The notes under the pieces: generated by a model
The model's database searches: none
What the model was told of the DNA's origin: nothing
The model's input: the letters and a program-made list of their open reading frames with translations, nothing else
Shown: in pieces, positions 36,474-45,977 of the stretch
How positions within the stretch are numbered: the stretch's first letter is position 1
Layout: each line of letters opens with the position of its first letter
NCBI GenBank assembly: GCA_029258825.1
Contig: JAPDKA010000003.1
Coordinates: 66,065 to 130,064, forward strand
DNA length: 64,000 nucleotides
DNA from: an archaeon
GTDB lineage: Archaea > Nanobdellota > Nanobdellia > Pacearchaeales > JAPDKA01
Direction of reading: 5' to 3'
Program-made: the position numbers and the translations under genes

Positions 36474-37490
36474 TTAAATTAGCAATAACGCAAGCATTAA
36501 GCCAGATAAACAACCAACAGTGATCGGAGGCATAGCAGGATATGGTTTATCATCACTAAACAACATGAGCAGCAATAAAGCAAGAGTTGAGCATAAAGTA
36601 ACAATCAACGCATATAACCAACCAAAATAAACTAAAACCACAGAGGCAAACATTAAGCTGAATGCGAGATCACCTCCGCCAAGAATTGCAACAGCAACCT
36701 TAAGTTTTTTTTGCTTTGCTTTCTTTTTTATGCGCGCTAAGTATTTTGATTTTAGTAATTGTAATTGCTTTTTACTCAAATAAGGAATCAATAATCCTGC
36801 AATAATGCCTAGTTTCTGTATTTGAAATTTTGCCATCTCAACCATATGGCCTGTTTTAAATACAGCTATCACATCATAAAGCGAAATGAGCAACAATAAA
36901 GCAATGATTATTTGCAGGTTTAGTAATGGTAAAAAAATCACTGCAATGCCGGCATAAACAAACAACTCACTAAGATTATGCGCTATAATATCACGTTTAA
37001 ATACTTTAAGGTATGTGAAAAATAAAGCAAGTAAAACGCCTAATAATTCTGCAAGATTAGTAAAAGCAAAGCTAAAGCGTGAAAGTAGCGGGTAAAGCAA
37101 TAAACTAAAACTTATTGTTAACGCGATAAATATTACAAAAGCAAACCAAAGTTTAATTGCTTTTAGGCTTTTTATTCTTGTAAAAAATAAAAAAATGATT
37201 GTAGCAATAACAATAGCCATAATAAGGTTAGTAAGCAAAACCAAAGCATCAATCGTTTGTTTTATTTCAACTTTTTCTGGAACAAGTTGACTGATCAGAG
37301 TTAGGTTTTGCTTTTGTGAAATCTGACTTGGTTGGGTTATCTGCTTTAATGTTTTATTTTCAAACACTGGAAAAAAAGTCACAGGAGTAGCAAAATATTT
37401 TTGGTAATTTGCAACAACAAATAAGCCTATAATATGGGTTAGAAGAAACATGCACAACAACAAAGCAACAATCTTTGGTGTGTGTTTCAT
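36474..37490 (-). CDS. Presenilin / signal peptide peptidase family aspartyl protease (A22)
   Basis: LYDVIAV..TGHM, LGGGDL, PAMP motifs; multiple TM segments. Confidence 0.9.
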   Translation of the reverse strand: MKHTPKIVALLLCMFLLTHIIGLFVVANYQKYFATPVTFFPVFENKTLKQITQPSQISQKQNLTLISQLVPEKVEIKQTIDALVLLTNLIMAIVIATIIFLFFTRIKSLKAIKLWFAFVIFIALTISFSLLLYPLLSRFSFAFTNLAELLGVLLALFFTYLKVFKRDIIAHNLSELFVYAGIAVIFLPLLNLQIIIALLLLISLYDVIAVFKTGHMVEMAKFQIQKLGIIAGLLIPYLSKKQLQLLKSKYLARIKKKAKQKKLKVAVAILGGGDLAFSLMFASVVLVYFGWLYALIVTLCSTLALLLLMLFSDDKPYPAMPPITVGCLSGLMLALLLI

Positions 37491-37521
37491 TTTATTATAA
37501 AATTTATTTATTATAATTTAC

Positions 37522-38481
37522 CTATAATTTTGATTGTAAATGTTTTATTCTTGTCCGCACATCAGCAATTTTTGATTTTATCTTTTTTAACTCTTCTTGT
37601 AAAACACCGTTTTGAGTGTATTGTCTATACCATGCTTTATAAAGTTGTCTCCCCTTTTCTGTTTTTGTCCATCCTGCCCTTGTTGCTTCTGCATGTAGTT
37701 TAGCTGCTTTTTTGTAGCCCTCCTGCAATTTTTTGTAAGTTTCTCTATACAATTCAGCAAGTTGTTTCAGTTCTCTTTGTAAATTCGCAAGACCAATGCG
37801 CCTTGCTAAAGCTAAAGCTCTTTTTGTGTCTGCTGGTGGAAAAGGTTTAGAAGGTTGAGGTCCAACAGGCTGTTTTACAGGTAATTTTGGCTCTCGTATA
37901 GGGTTTGGCAAAGTAAACATTTTCCGAATAAGTAAAAATAATAACCAAAAAACTAAAAGCAAAATAAATATAAAAAGCAAGGATAGAGAAATAGATTTGA
38001 CAACATCACAGATCGAAACATAAGGTGGACAAACAAAAAAAGCTGCAAATAAACCAAGTAATGCCAGCACAAACAACACTACAAGAAAAAGCTTTCCACC
38101 AAATCTGAATATAAGACTAAAAATCCAAGCGATAACTAAGATAATCATACCAATAACTACATACTTATTAGTGAGAATGTTTCCATAAGCATAGATTATA
38201 CTAAAAGAAGCGATTAATGCTATTGCCAGACTTGCGATTACTGCACTAGCATAAGGTTTTATAAATTTGTTTAATGCAAATAATATGAAAAGAAAAAAGA
38301 TCACAAACAAAAGTGTAGCATTAAACCACTCGTTATTAACAATGTTTCTAAAGCTAAAATAAGAATAACTTGGGGCTGCACCCACATATAAAGCCCTTGA
38401 TAGAGGCAAATAAAAGATAAACATAGATAAACAAAATATAAAAAAAACAAGTTTTAGTTTGTTTTTTGATATTTTTTTCAT
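37522..38481 (-). CDS. Hypothetical membrane protein with C-terminal coiled coil
   Basis: About 6 hydrophobic segments, Pro linker, basic helical tail. Confidence 0.7.
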   Translation of the reverse strand: MKKISKNKLKLVFFIFCLSMFIFYLPLSRALYVGAAPSYSYFSFRNIVNNEWFNATLLFVIFFLFILFALNKFIKPYASAVIASLAIALIASFSIIYAYGNILTNKYVVIGMIILVIAWIFSLIFRFGGKLFLVVLFVLALLGLFAAFFVCPPYVSICDVVKSISLSLLFIFILLLVFWLLFLLIRKMFTLPNPIREPKLPVKQPVGPQPSKPFPPADTKRALALARRIGLANLQRELKQLAELYRETYKKLQEGYKKAAKLHAEATRAGWTKTEKGRQLYKAWYRQYTQNGVLQEELKKIKSKIADVRTRIKHLQSKL

Positions 38482-38591
38482 CCCTCTTTTTTAACTTTTA
38501 ATTGGTTGTATTTGGTTTGTTGTCTTGACTAGATTTCTTTATTTATAAACAACAAGTATTAAAAACTTTTCCAAACATTAAAGATTCTGTG

Positions 38592-39254
38592 TTAACTTTT
38601 ATTTTTAACACCTATTGCTTTCGGAATAACCATTAAACCTTCTCGTTTGTCACCTATGCATTTTGCTTTTCCTTCTACATAAAGTTTAGCCAACCATGCA
38701 CATGTTATAGCATCAAGCTCGTCGTGTGTTGCCGTAACTTTAATATTATTTATGCCAAGTTTTGTTAATGCTTCTCTCAATTTTTTTATGCCGTGCTGTT
38801 TTCTAGGAATGTTCAGCAGGTCTTGCACTGCACCAGGATAAGTCTCGATAACATTAAAGCCCATTCTCGTTAGTGATTGCTTTAATTTTATTCCGCGCAG
38901 CGTTAATTTTCTCATTGGACCTAGTGTTATAGGAAAAAACCTAATACCAAGTTTTCTCAACATTAAATCACACTTTCTAAAATGCCCCTTACTTTTTTCT
39001 TTCTTGCTTAAACTAGTTCTGCCATAAGGTAAACTTAAAGGTGCATCTATTGCTATAACAAGCACTTTTGCTTTTCTTGCAATTCTTTTGCATGCATTAA
39101 CAATATCACGAAACAAAAATAAATTTGACGTTTCAACTTTGTTGTTGTGTAACCACAAAACACAAAACCCTGTTCTACGTTTTTGACTTCCGGCAAGATC
39201 TATGCCTATTACGCATCGCTTTTTAGCTTTGACTGTCTTGACCATTTCTTCCAT
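38592..39254 (-). CDS. DUF429 family predicted nuclease (RNase H-like fold)
   Basis: GIDLAG, IAIDAPLSLP, R.CD..L, ETYPG, HDELDA; start placed at MEEMVK to avoid overlap with trpS. Confidence 0.85.
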   Translation of the reverse strand: MEEMVKTVKAKKRCVIGIDLAGSQKRRTGFCVLWLHNNKVETSNLFLFRDIVNACKRIARKAKVLVIAIDAPLSLPYGRTSLSKKEKSKGHFRKCDLMLRKLGIRFFPITLGPMRKLTLRGIKLKQSLTRMGFNVIETYPGAVQDLLNIPRKQHGIKKLREALTKLGINNIKVTATHDELDAITCAWLAKLYVEGKAKCIGDKREGLMVIPKAIGVKNKS

Positions 39255-39303
39255 AACATCATAATAACACAAACTTTTAAAATGATTATGCATAAAACAT
39301 AAC

Positions 39304-40428
39304 ATGCAAGTTACGCCATGGAAGGTCGAGCTTGAAAGTTTTAGCGATAAAACATACAGCAAGCTTGCCAAACAATTCGGTGTAAAGTTAATTGATGAAG
39401 AATTGCTAGAGAGGATAAAAAAACATACAAAAGATTTGCACTTTATGTTAACACGTAGGGTTTTTTTCGCTCATCGTGATCTTGATTGGGTTATTGCAAA
39501 ATATGAGCAGAAAGAAAAATTTTTCCTGTATACAGGACGTGCCCCAAGCGGGCCAGTGCATTTAGGGCATTTAATGCCTTGGCTATTAACAAAGTGGTTG
39601 CAAGACAAGTTTGATGTTGAACTATGGTTCCAGTTTCCAGATGAAGAGAAATTTCTATTTAAAAAAGAATTAACACTTAAAGATACAGAAAAGTGGACAT
39701 ATGAAAATATGCTAGATGTAGTCGCGCTTGGTTTCAAAAAAGGAAAAACACACTTTTTAATTGATACAAAGCATGCCGGCATTATGTATAAGCATGCAGT
39801 AAGAGTATCCAAAAGAATAACATTTTCTACAGCTAAAGCTGTATTTGGTTTTACGCACGAGACAAATATTGGAGCAATATTTTACACTGCAATGCAAGCT
39901 GTTCCAGCATTTTTGCCTAGTGTATTAAAAGGCAAAAACATTCCTTGCTTGATTCCTCTTGGCTTAGACCAAGACCCACATTTTAGAGTTGCAAGAGATG
40001 TACTGCCTAAGTTAGGCTATTATAAGCCAGCAATAATGCATTGCAAGTTTTTACCTGCACTAACTGGACAGAGTAAAATGTCGGCATCAAATGCTGTTAC
40101 AGCAATTTATACAACAGACAGTCCTGAAGAAGTGGAAAGAAAAATAATGAAGCATGCGTTTTCTGGAGGGCAACCAACAGTTGAAGAGCATAGAAAAAAA
40201 GGTGGCAATCCTGACATTGATGTTAGTTTCCAATGGCTTTACATGATGTTCGAACCGGACAATAAAAAAATTAGTGAGATTTACCATGCTTATAAAACAG
40301 GAGCAATGCTAACATCTGAATTAAAGCACTATTTAATCGATAAGGTCAATGCTTTCTTAAAAAAACATCAAAAGGCAAGAGAAAAAGCGCGAAAGATAGT
40401 GCACAAATATATTTTGGAAGTTGACTAA
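39304..40428 (+). CDS. trpS: Tryptophanyl-tRNA synthetase (archaeal type)
   Basis: VTPW, YTGRAPSG..HLGH, DQDPHFR..RD, KMSAS, AFSGG. Confidence 0.96.
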   Translation: MQVTPWKVELESFSDKTYSKLAKQFGVKLIDEELLERIKKHTKDLHFMLTRRVFFAHRDLDWVIAKYEQKEKFFLYTGRAPSGPVHLGHLMPWLLTKWLQDKFDVELWFQFPDEEKFLFKKELTLKDTEKWTYENMLDVVALGFKKGKTHFLIDTKHAGIMYKHAVRVSKRITFSTAKAVFGFTHETNIGAIFYTAMQAVPAFLPSVLKGKNIPCLIPLGLDQDPHFRVARDVLPKLGYYKPAIMHCKFLPALTGQSKMSASNAVTAIYTTDSPEEVERKIMKHAFSGGQPTVEEHRKKGGNPDIDVSFQWLYMMFEPDNKKISEIYHAYKTGAMLTSELKHYLIDKVNAFLKKHQKAREKARKIVHKYILEVD

Positions 40429-40446
40429 ACTCTAAAGTGATAAAAA

Positions 40447-40462
40447 CCGAAAGGTTTAAAAA
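40447..40462 (+). promoter_or_regulatory. Putative BRE-TATA for the TrmB gene
   Basis: CCGAAAGGTTTAAAAA upstream of 40519. Confidence 0.6.
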
Positions 40463-40518
40463 GGGCAAAAACATTATTCTTTAGTGATAAAAATTGAATT
40501 AAATTGTAAAAACAAAAA

Positions 40519-41316
40519 ATGAAAAAAACAAGCACAGTGTTTGATGAAAACCTAATTAATAAGGTTCGTGCCCAGTTTGGCTTGAATGTTTATGAAACTA
40601 AAGTGTGGCTTTCATTACTTGCTAAAGGACAAGCAACAATAGGTGAAATAGCCGAAATAAGCGGCGTGCCTAGAAGCAGAATATATGATGTTCTTGAAAG
40701 TTTGGAAAAAGAAGGATTTGTTGTTGCTCATCTAGGAAAGCCTATGAAGTACATGGCAATCAAGCCAGAATTGGTTATAGAAAGGTTAAAAACAAAAGTA
40801 CTAAAAAAAGCTGAAGAAAAGGCAAAAATATTAAACAAGGTTAAAGAAACAGCAGAATATAAACAACTTGAATTGTTACATAAACAAGGAATAAAACCAG
40901 TACAACCTGAAGAGATTGCTGTTTCTATTAAAGGAAGGCTTAATATTTATACTCAACTTAAACAAATTATGGGCAATGCTAAAAAGGAAGTGGTGCTTGT
41001 AACAAACATAAATGCATTAAAAAGAAAGGCAAGGCACTTAAAGCAGGTGCTGCCTAAACTAAAAAAACAAAAAGTATCAATCGTACTCGCTGCAAGTGGT
41101 GAGCCAGAAGAAAAAACAAATATTTCTGAACAACTCGGTGTAAAGGTAAGAAAAATAAACCTCGATGCGAGATTTTGTGTTGTAGATGGTAAAGAAGCCT
41201 TAATAATAACAACACCGTTTTCAAAGCAAAACGAAGACATTGCAATACATATAAAAAGCGAATTCGTAGCTAGAGCATTACTTAATTTATTTAAAAATAC
41301 ACTAAAAAACGAATAA
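40519..41316 (+). CDS. TrmB family transcriptional regulator
   Basis: FGLNVYE.KVWLSLL..G.AT.GEIAEISGVPRSRIYDVLESL. Confidence 0.92.
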   Translation: MKKTSTVFDENLINKVRAQFGLNVYETKVWLSLLAKGQATIGEIAEISGVPRSRIYDVLESLEKEGFVVAHLGKPMKYMAIKPELVIERLKTKVLKKAEEKAKILNKVKETAEYKQLELLHKQGIKPVQPEEIAVSIKGRLNIYTQLKQIMGNAKKEVVLVTNINALKRKARHLKQVLPKLKKQKVSIVLAASGEPEEKTNISEQLGVKVRKINLDARFCVVDGKEALIITTPFSKQNEDIAIHIKSEFVARALLNLFKNTLKNE

Positions 41317-41376
41317 CCAGCGAATTCGTTTTTTACAAAATATTTAACGCACTACAATTAAGTTTTTAATATATTA

Positions 41377-42129
41377 ATGCCTGCTAGTTACATGCTGTAC
41401 CAACACGCTAAGGAACTTCTCAATGTGTTAGCTAAGTTAAAAGCTTTGAATGAAAAAATAAAAAACAAAAGAATTTTGCAGAACGATTTTGAAAAACACC
41501 AGCAAGAGTATTATGAGAGAGTTATCAATGCAAAAATAAAAATAATAACGAATGCGATTGAAGAAGTAAAAAGAGTATCAAAAAGAAAAGCAGATGAATT
41601 AAGTGAGTATACAGCAAGACTGAAGCAAGAGTTAAACAAGCAAGAATTAGAAAAAGCGATAATAACTGCTGAACAATTGGTTGATGTTTGTTTTGCATTA
41701 AAAGAAAGCATGCCTAAACAACAACACTATAGATTCGCGTTAAATGTACAACTTCCTGAAGCGATAAAGCACGAGCTTCTCGCAGATCTCGAAGAGATAA
41801 AAAAATGTTTTGCTAATCAATGCTACAGAAGTTGTGTCATTATGGCAGGCCGTATGTTAGAAACAGCATTACATAGAAAGTATTATGAGATTACTGGTAA
41901 CGATTTATTGGAAAAAGCGCCAGGCATAGGATTAGGCAATCTTGTTGCAAGACTTGCTGAGCTGAAAGTAAAGCTTGATCCTGCAATAATGCAACAAATC
42001 CATTTAATAAACCAAGTCAGAATTTTTTCAGTACATAAAAAAAGGCAACCATTCAAACCAAGTAAAGAACAAACCTTAGCAATAATACTTTATACTCTTG
42101 ACATAATAAAAAAGTTATTTGAAAAATAA
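41377..42129 (+). CDS. DUF4145/HEPN-domain protein
   Basis: E...CF....YRSCVIMAGRMLE.AL and C-terminal RIFSVH (Rx4H). Confidence 0.75.
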   Translation: MPASYMLYQHAKELLNVLAKLKALNEKIKNKRILQNDFEKHQQEYYERVINAKIKIITNAIEEVKRVSKRKADELSEYTARLKQELNKQELEKAIITAEQLVDVCFALKESMPKQQHYRFALNVQLPEAIKHELLADLEEIKKCFANQCYRSCVIMAGRMLETALHRKYYEITGNDLLEKAPGIGLGNLVARLAELKVKLDPAIMQQIHLINQVRIFSVHKKRQPFKPSKEQTLAIILYTLDIIKKLFEK

Positions 42130-42184
42130 TTACTAAGATTAGGACTAATTGTAAATTTTGTGTAGTACTTCTAAAGTGATTAAA

Positions 42185-42199
42185 CGAAAGATTTATAAA
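42185..42199 (+). promoter_or_regulatory. Putative BRE-TATA for the repeat-protein gene
   Basis: CGAAAGATTTATAAA about 36 nt upstream of the ATG at 42236. Confidence 0.6.
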
Positions 42200-42235
42200 G
42201 ATCTCAAAAAGTATTAAAAGATTAAAACAAACAAA

Positions 42236-43720
42236 ATGGGAAAGAAGAAAACACGGTCAAAAAAAGAAAATAAAGAAAAGAAACTCGAACGATTGATAAA
42301 GAAATGTGTTGATTTAAAAAACGGAAATCGTGTAAGACAGATAGTAAGGATTGTAACGAAGGCTTATGAGAAAAATCCTGAAAAATTAAGAAAGTATTTT
42401 AACCACAGAAACGAATTAATAGCAGGAATTGCTACATCGGCATACTATTCTTTAACAGGAAATATTAAGCCAATCCGAAACATCGAGTATGGAGGGTTAG
42501 GAGCAATAATAGAAGAGAGTAAAGAAGGATTAAAGTTTGAAAGAAAGCAGTTGTGGTTTGCAAAATTGAGTGGAGAAGCATTAAAAAGATCTAAAAATTC
42601 TGGAAAAGCATTATGGTATTCAGAAAATTCGGGAAGGGCTTTAGAATTGTCAGTAAATTGTGGACAAGCTTTACGGTATTCTAAGAATTTTGGAGGGGCA
42701 TTAAACCATTCTAAAAATTCGGAACAAGCTTTATGGTACTCTATAAACTATGAAGGGGCGTTGGATCGTTCTGAGAATTGTGGTAGAGCACTAAAAGAAT
42801 CTAGAAATTCCGGGTATGCATTATGGTATTCTAAGAATTATGGTAAAGCACTGGAAAATTCTAAAAATTTGGAAGAGGCATTAAAGAACTCTAAAAATTT
42901 TGAGCAGGCATTACGGAATTCTGAGAATTCAGGAGAGGCGTTACAGAGTTCTATGAATTCTGGGCAAGCATTACAGTATTCTAGGAATTTGGGAGAAGCC
43001 TTAAAATATTCTAGAAATTGTGGAGAAGCCCTCTACGGTTCAGACAATTGGGACGAAGCGTTACAGAATTCTGAGAATTGGGGAAGGGCGTTACAGAGTT
43101 CCGATAATTGGGGAAAGGCGTTACAGAATTCAGAAAATTCTGGGCAAGCATTATGGTATTCTGGGAACCAACGAGAAGCGTTACAAGGTTCTAGAAATTC
43201 GGAATCTGCCCTAAGGTATTCTATAAATGTGGGGTCAGCATTACAAAATTCTAAGAATTCTGGGCAAGCATTATGGTATTCTAGGAATTTCAATCATGCA
43301 TTACAGTTCTCAGAGAACTCGGACGAATCTTTACATTATTCTGAAAATGTTGGGGTGGTATTAAGGTATTCAAAAAACTTCGGAAAGACACTACACCACT
43401 CTAGGAATAGTGAACGTGCACTTCAATATTCTAAAAATCTAGAAGAAGCATTACAGGATTCTGAGAATCGAGAAAAAGCATTGCAATATTCTGAGAATTC
43501 AGGAAAAACTTTACAGCATTCTAAAAACTATGGGGAGGCCTTACAACATTCCAAAAACTCAGAATATGCTCTATGGTATTCTAAAAATTGTGAAGATGCA
43601 TTAAAATATTCTAAGAATTCAGGACAAGCATTAAAACACTCTCAAAATTCAGAAAATGCCTTAAAAAAATCTAAAAATTCTGTTAGAGTGTTATGGTATA
43701 TAAAAAGAGGAATAAGGTAA
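42236..43720 (+). CDS. Decapeptide tandem-repeat protein, family not recognised
   Basis: 111-aa basic/helical N-terminal domain, then 37 repeats of consensus SGxALxYSxN plus one degenerate unit. Confidence 0.85.
   Translation: MGKKKTRSKKENKEKKLERLIKKCVDLKNGNRVRQIVRIVTKAYEKNPEKLRKYFNHRNELIAGIATSAYYSLTGNIKPIRNIEYGGLGAIIEESKEGLKFERKQLWFAKLSGEALKRSKNSGKALWYSENSGRALELSVNCGQALRYSKNFGGALNHSKNSEQALWYSINYEGALDRSENCGRALKESRNSGYALWYSKNYGKALENSKNLEEALKNSKNFEQALRNSENSGEALQSSMNSGQALQYSRNLGEALKYSRNCGEALYGSDNWDEALQNSENWGRALQSSDNWGKALQNSENSGQALWYSGNQREALQGSRNSESALRYSINVGSALQNSKNSGQALWYSRNFNHALQFSENSDESLHYSENVGVVLRYSKNFGKTLHHSRNSERALQYSKNLEEALQDSENREKALQYSENSGKTLQHSKNYGEALQHSKNSEYALWYSKNCEDALKYSKNSGQALKHSQNSENALKKSKNSVRVLWYIKRGIR
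42569..43678 (+). repeat. 37 x 30-bp degenerate coding tandem repeat
   Basis: Units such as TCTGGGCAAGCATTATGGTATTCTAGGAAT; strict 10-aa register with no indels. Confidence 0.9.
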
Positions 43721-43751
43721 GTGTTACTAAAGGTTAGATTTAATTAGGGTG

Positions 43752-45977
43752 TTATTCAACAATTGTCTCTGAATTTTCTTTTCTTAACCTTATAATGTTA
43801 TCCACAAAACCTTCTATTTTAGGTTCATGACTAACAATAATCAATTGCTCAGCATTAATTTCTTGAAGCACATCTCTGATTTTATCAAGCTGCTTGTCAG
43901 AAAATCCATCGGTAGGCTCGTCAAGAATAATTAACCCTTTTGTATTTATATTACCCAATAAACAATTGATTGTTTGATTTAAGGCTAGCCTATATGCTAG
44001 TGCCAAAGCTGTACGCTCGCCTCCAGAAAGATACTCATAGCTTGTTTCGTAGCCGTTCTGCTCTATTATCGGGGTAAAATCTATATCAACTTTAACAGAG
44101 ATTGTATCATCATCGATAAGCATGTTAAACCATCGTTGAAAAAATGCATTAAACTCTCTATTTATTGTTACCATAACCTGCTTCTCAATTTCGTCAACTG
44201 CTTTAATAAACTCTGTCGTTAAGAAATCATCAAACAGTTTAAGTTGTCTCATTTTTTCTAACTCTTCTTGTTTTTGTTTTACTTCAAGTTTTACTGCTAG
44301 AAGCTCATCAGAAAGAGATTTGACAATGCCATCAACATTTGCTTTCTGCTTAACAAGATTAAGTTCTCTTGCGTCAATTTCTAGTTTTAGTTGTTTTAGT
44401 TTATTTAGCTCTGATTCAACATTAGCAAGCTGTTGTCTAATTTTTGAATCGTCCTTAAGCTTTAACGACAGTTCATTAATCTCCTTATCCAATTTATTTA
44501 TAGCTTCTCTCTTTTCTTGTTGTTGTTTTATGGCATCGATAACAGCCCTAGCATGTAATGAGGCTTTATCTACTACATGGATTAAGTTGTCGATAGCTTC
44601 GATATAAGTTTTTATGCTGTTCTTGTCATTTTTCAAGCAATCAAGTTTTTGTTGCATAGAAAGTATAAGCTTATTAATAGCTTCAATTTTTTGTTTTTGC
44701 TCATTTTGAATAGATTCTTTATGTTGTTGCGGCACTATTTGTTTACACTTTGGACATTTATTAAGGTTTAAAATATCATTAAGTTCTTTTTCTAGATCTC
44801 GCTTTTTAGTATTTAACGAGTATAATTTTGCTGTTATGGTATTTATATTTTCTTCAAGTTTGTCTCTCACTTCTTTTGCTAATTTTAGATGGTCTCGTAA
44901 TTGATATTCTCTTAATTGATGTGCTATATTTAATTCATGTTCAGCACTAGCATTAAGTTGTTCGAGCAGCGTTAATAACTGCATAATCCTTGGAGTAATA
45001 GAAACAGCAGCATCAGTTAGCTTAATACAGTTTTCATCATTGCTGCATAGATTTAGATGAAATACATCTTTATCAATGCTAGAAGTAATTGAGCATATCT
45101 CTTCTATAGCTCTATTTTTTCTTTCCTCATACAACCTAAGCTCTTGCTGATAATCTTGCTTTAATTTTTGCTTTTCCCTTATTATTTCCGATAATGCTGC
45201 ATAGCTATTAACAAGCTCGTTAAGTTGCTTGTATTGTTTTTCTAATTGCTCTATATTAGCCTGTAATGCTTGTTTTTGTTGTTTAACGCGCTCTATTTCG
45301 CTACTAAGTTGTTCGGCTTGTTGTTTATATTGTGTCATTTGCTGGTCGATCTGCTTTAACCTTTGTAATTTTTCATCGATATCAGCAGTAAAACCTTGTT
45401 TTTCCTTAATAACGTTCTTAAGAAAATCGTGCAATATCTTAGCATTTTCTTTTATGCGATTATATTTTTCTATGTCGAACAGCTTTCTAAGCACTTCTAT
45501 ACGTGTTTCTGCTTTATCTTGGATAATTCTCTTCATCTCTTCTTGAGGTGTATAAACAGTAAACCTGTAAATGAGAGATTTCTTATTGAGATATTGCTTA
45601 GGATAATTCAACAATTCAAATACTCTAGCTTTAAGTTCAGTGGCACTTAAGCTAGCTTTACTGCCATCAATAACAATACTACCAGAATCTTGCGCAACGC
45701 TTGATTTAGTTCGTTTTAATGTTCGCATTATAATTACGTCTTTACCGTTAATATCAAGATGTAATTCGACACTGCCGCTCGATTGTCCATGTCTCAATAG
45801 ACTCGCGCCATCTATTTCACCTTTCTGTAAACCGAATAAAGCAAATTCTATTGCATAAAGAATACTACTTTTGCCAGTTCCTATGTCTCCAGCAAGCAAT
45901 ACCGAACCGGTCGGAAATTCGATTGAAGCGTTTGTATAGCTCCTAATATTGCGCAGTTTTACTTTTTTTATTCTCAT
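43752..45977 (-). CDS. rad50: DNA double-strand break repair ATPase Rad50
   Basis: NIRSY, GDIGTGKSS Walker A, CPKC zinc hook, LSGGE, ILDEPT, VSH. Confidence 0.93.
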   Translation of the reverse strand: MRIKKVKLRNIRSYTNASIEFPTGSVLLAGDIGTGKSSILYAIEFALFGLQKGEIDGASLLRHGQSSGSVELHLDINGKDVIIMRTLKRTKSSVAQDSGSIVIDGSKASLSATELKARVFELLNYPKQYLNKKSLIYRFTVYTPQEEMKRIIQDKAETRIEVLRKLFDIEKYNRIKENAKILHDFLKNVIKEKQGFTADIDEKLQRLKQIDQQMTQYKQQAEQLSSEIERVKQQKQALQANIEQLEKQYKQLNELVNSYAALSEIIREKQKLKQDYQQELRLYEERKNRAIEEICSITSSIDKDVFHLNLCSNDENCIKLTDAAVSITPRIMQLLTLLEQLNASAEHELNIAHQLREYQLRDHLKLAKEVRDKLEENINTITAKLYSLNTKKRDLEKELNDILNLNKCPKCKQIVPQQHKESIQNEQKQKIEAINKLILSMQQKLDCLKNDKNSIKTYIEAIDNLIHVVDKASLHARAVIDAIKQQQEKREAINKLDKEINELSLKLKDDSKIRQQLANVESELNKLKQLKLEIDARELNLVKQKANVDGIVKSLSDELLAVKLEVKQKQEELEKMRQLKLFDDFLTTEFIKAVDEIEKQVMVTINREFNAFFQRWFNMLIDDDTISVKVDIDFTPIIEQNGYETSYEYLSGGERTALALAYRLALNQTINCLLGNINTKGLIILDEPTDGFSDKQLDKIRDVLQEINAEQLIIVSHEPKIEGFVDNIIRLRKENSETIVE

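Noticed and set aside
42569-43678. 30-bp periodic repeat as a CRISPR array
   Set aside because: No spacers; units are contiguous, degenerate at synonymous positions and lie in one open frame
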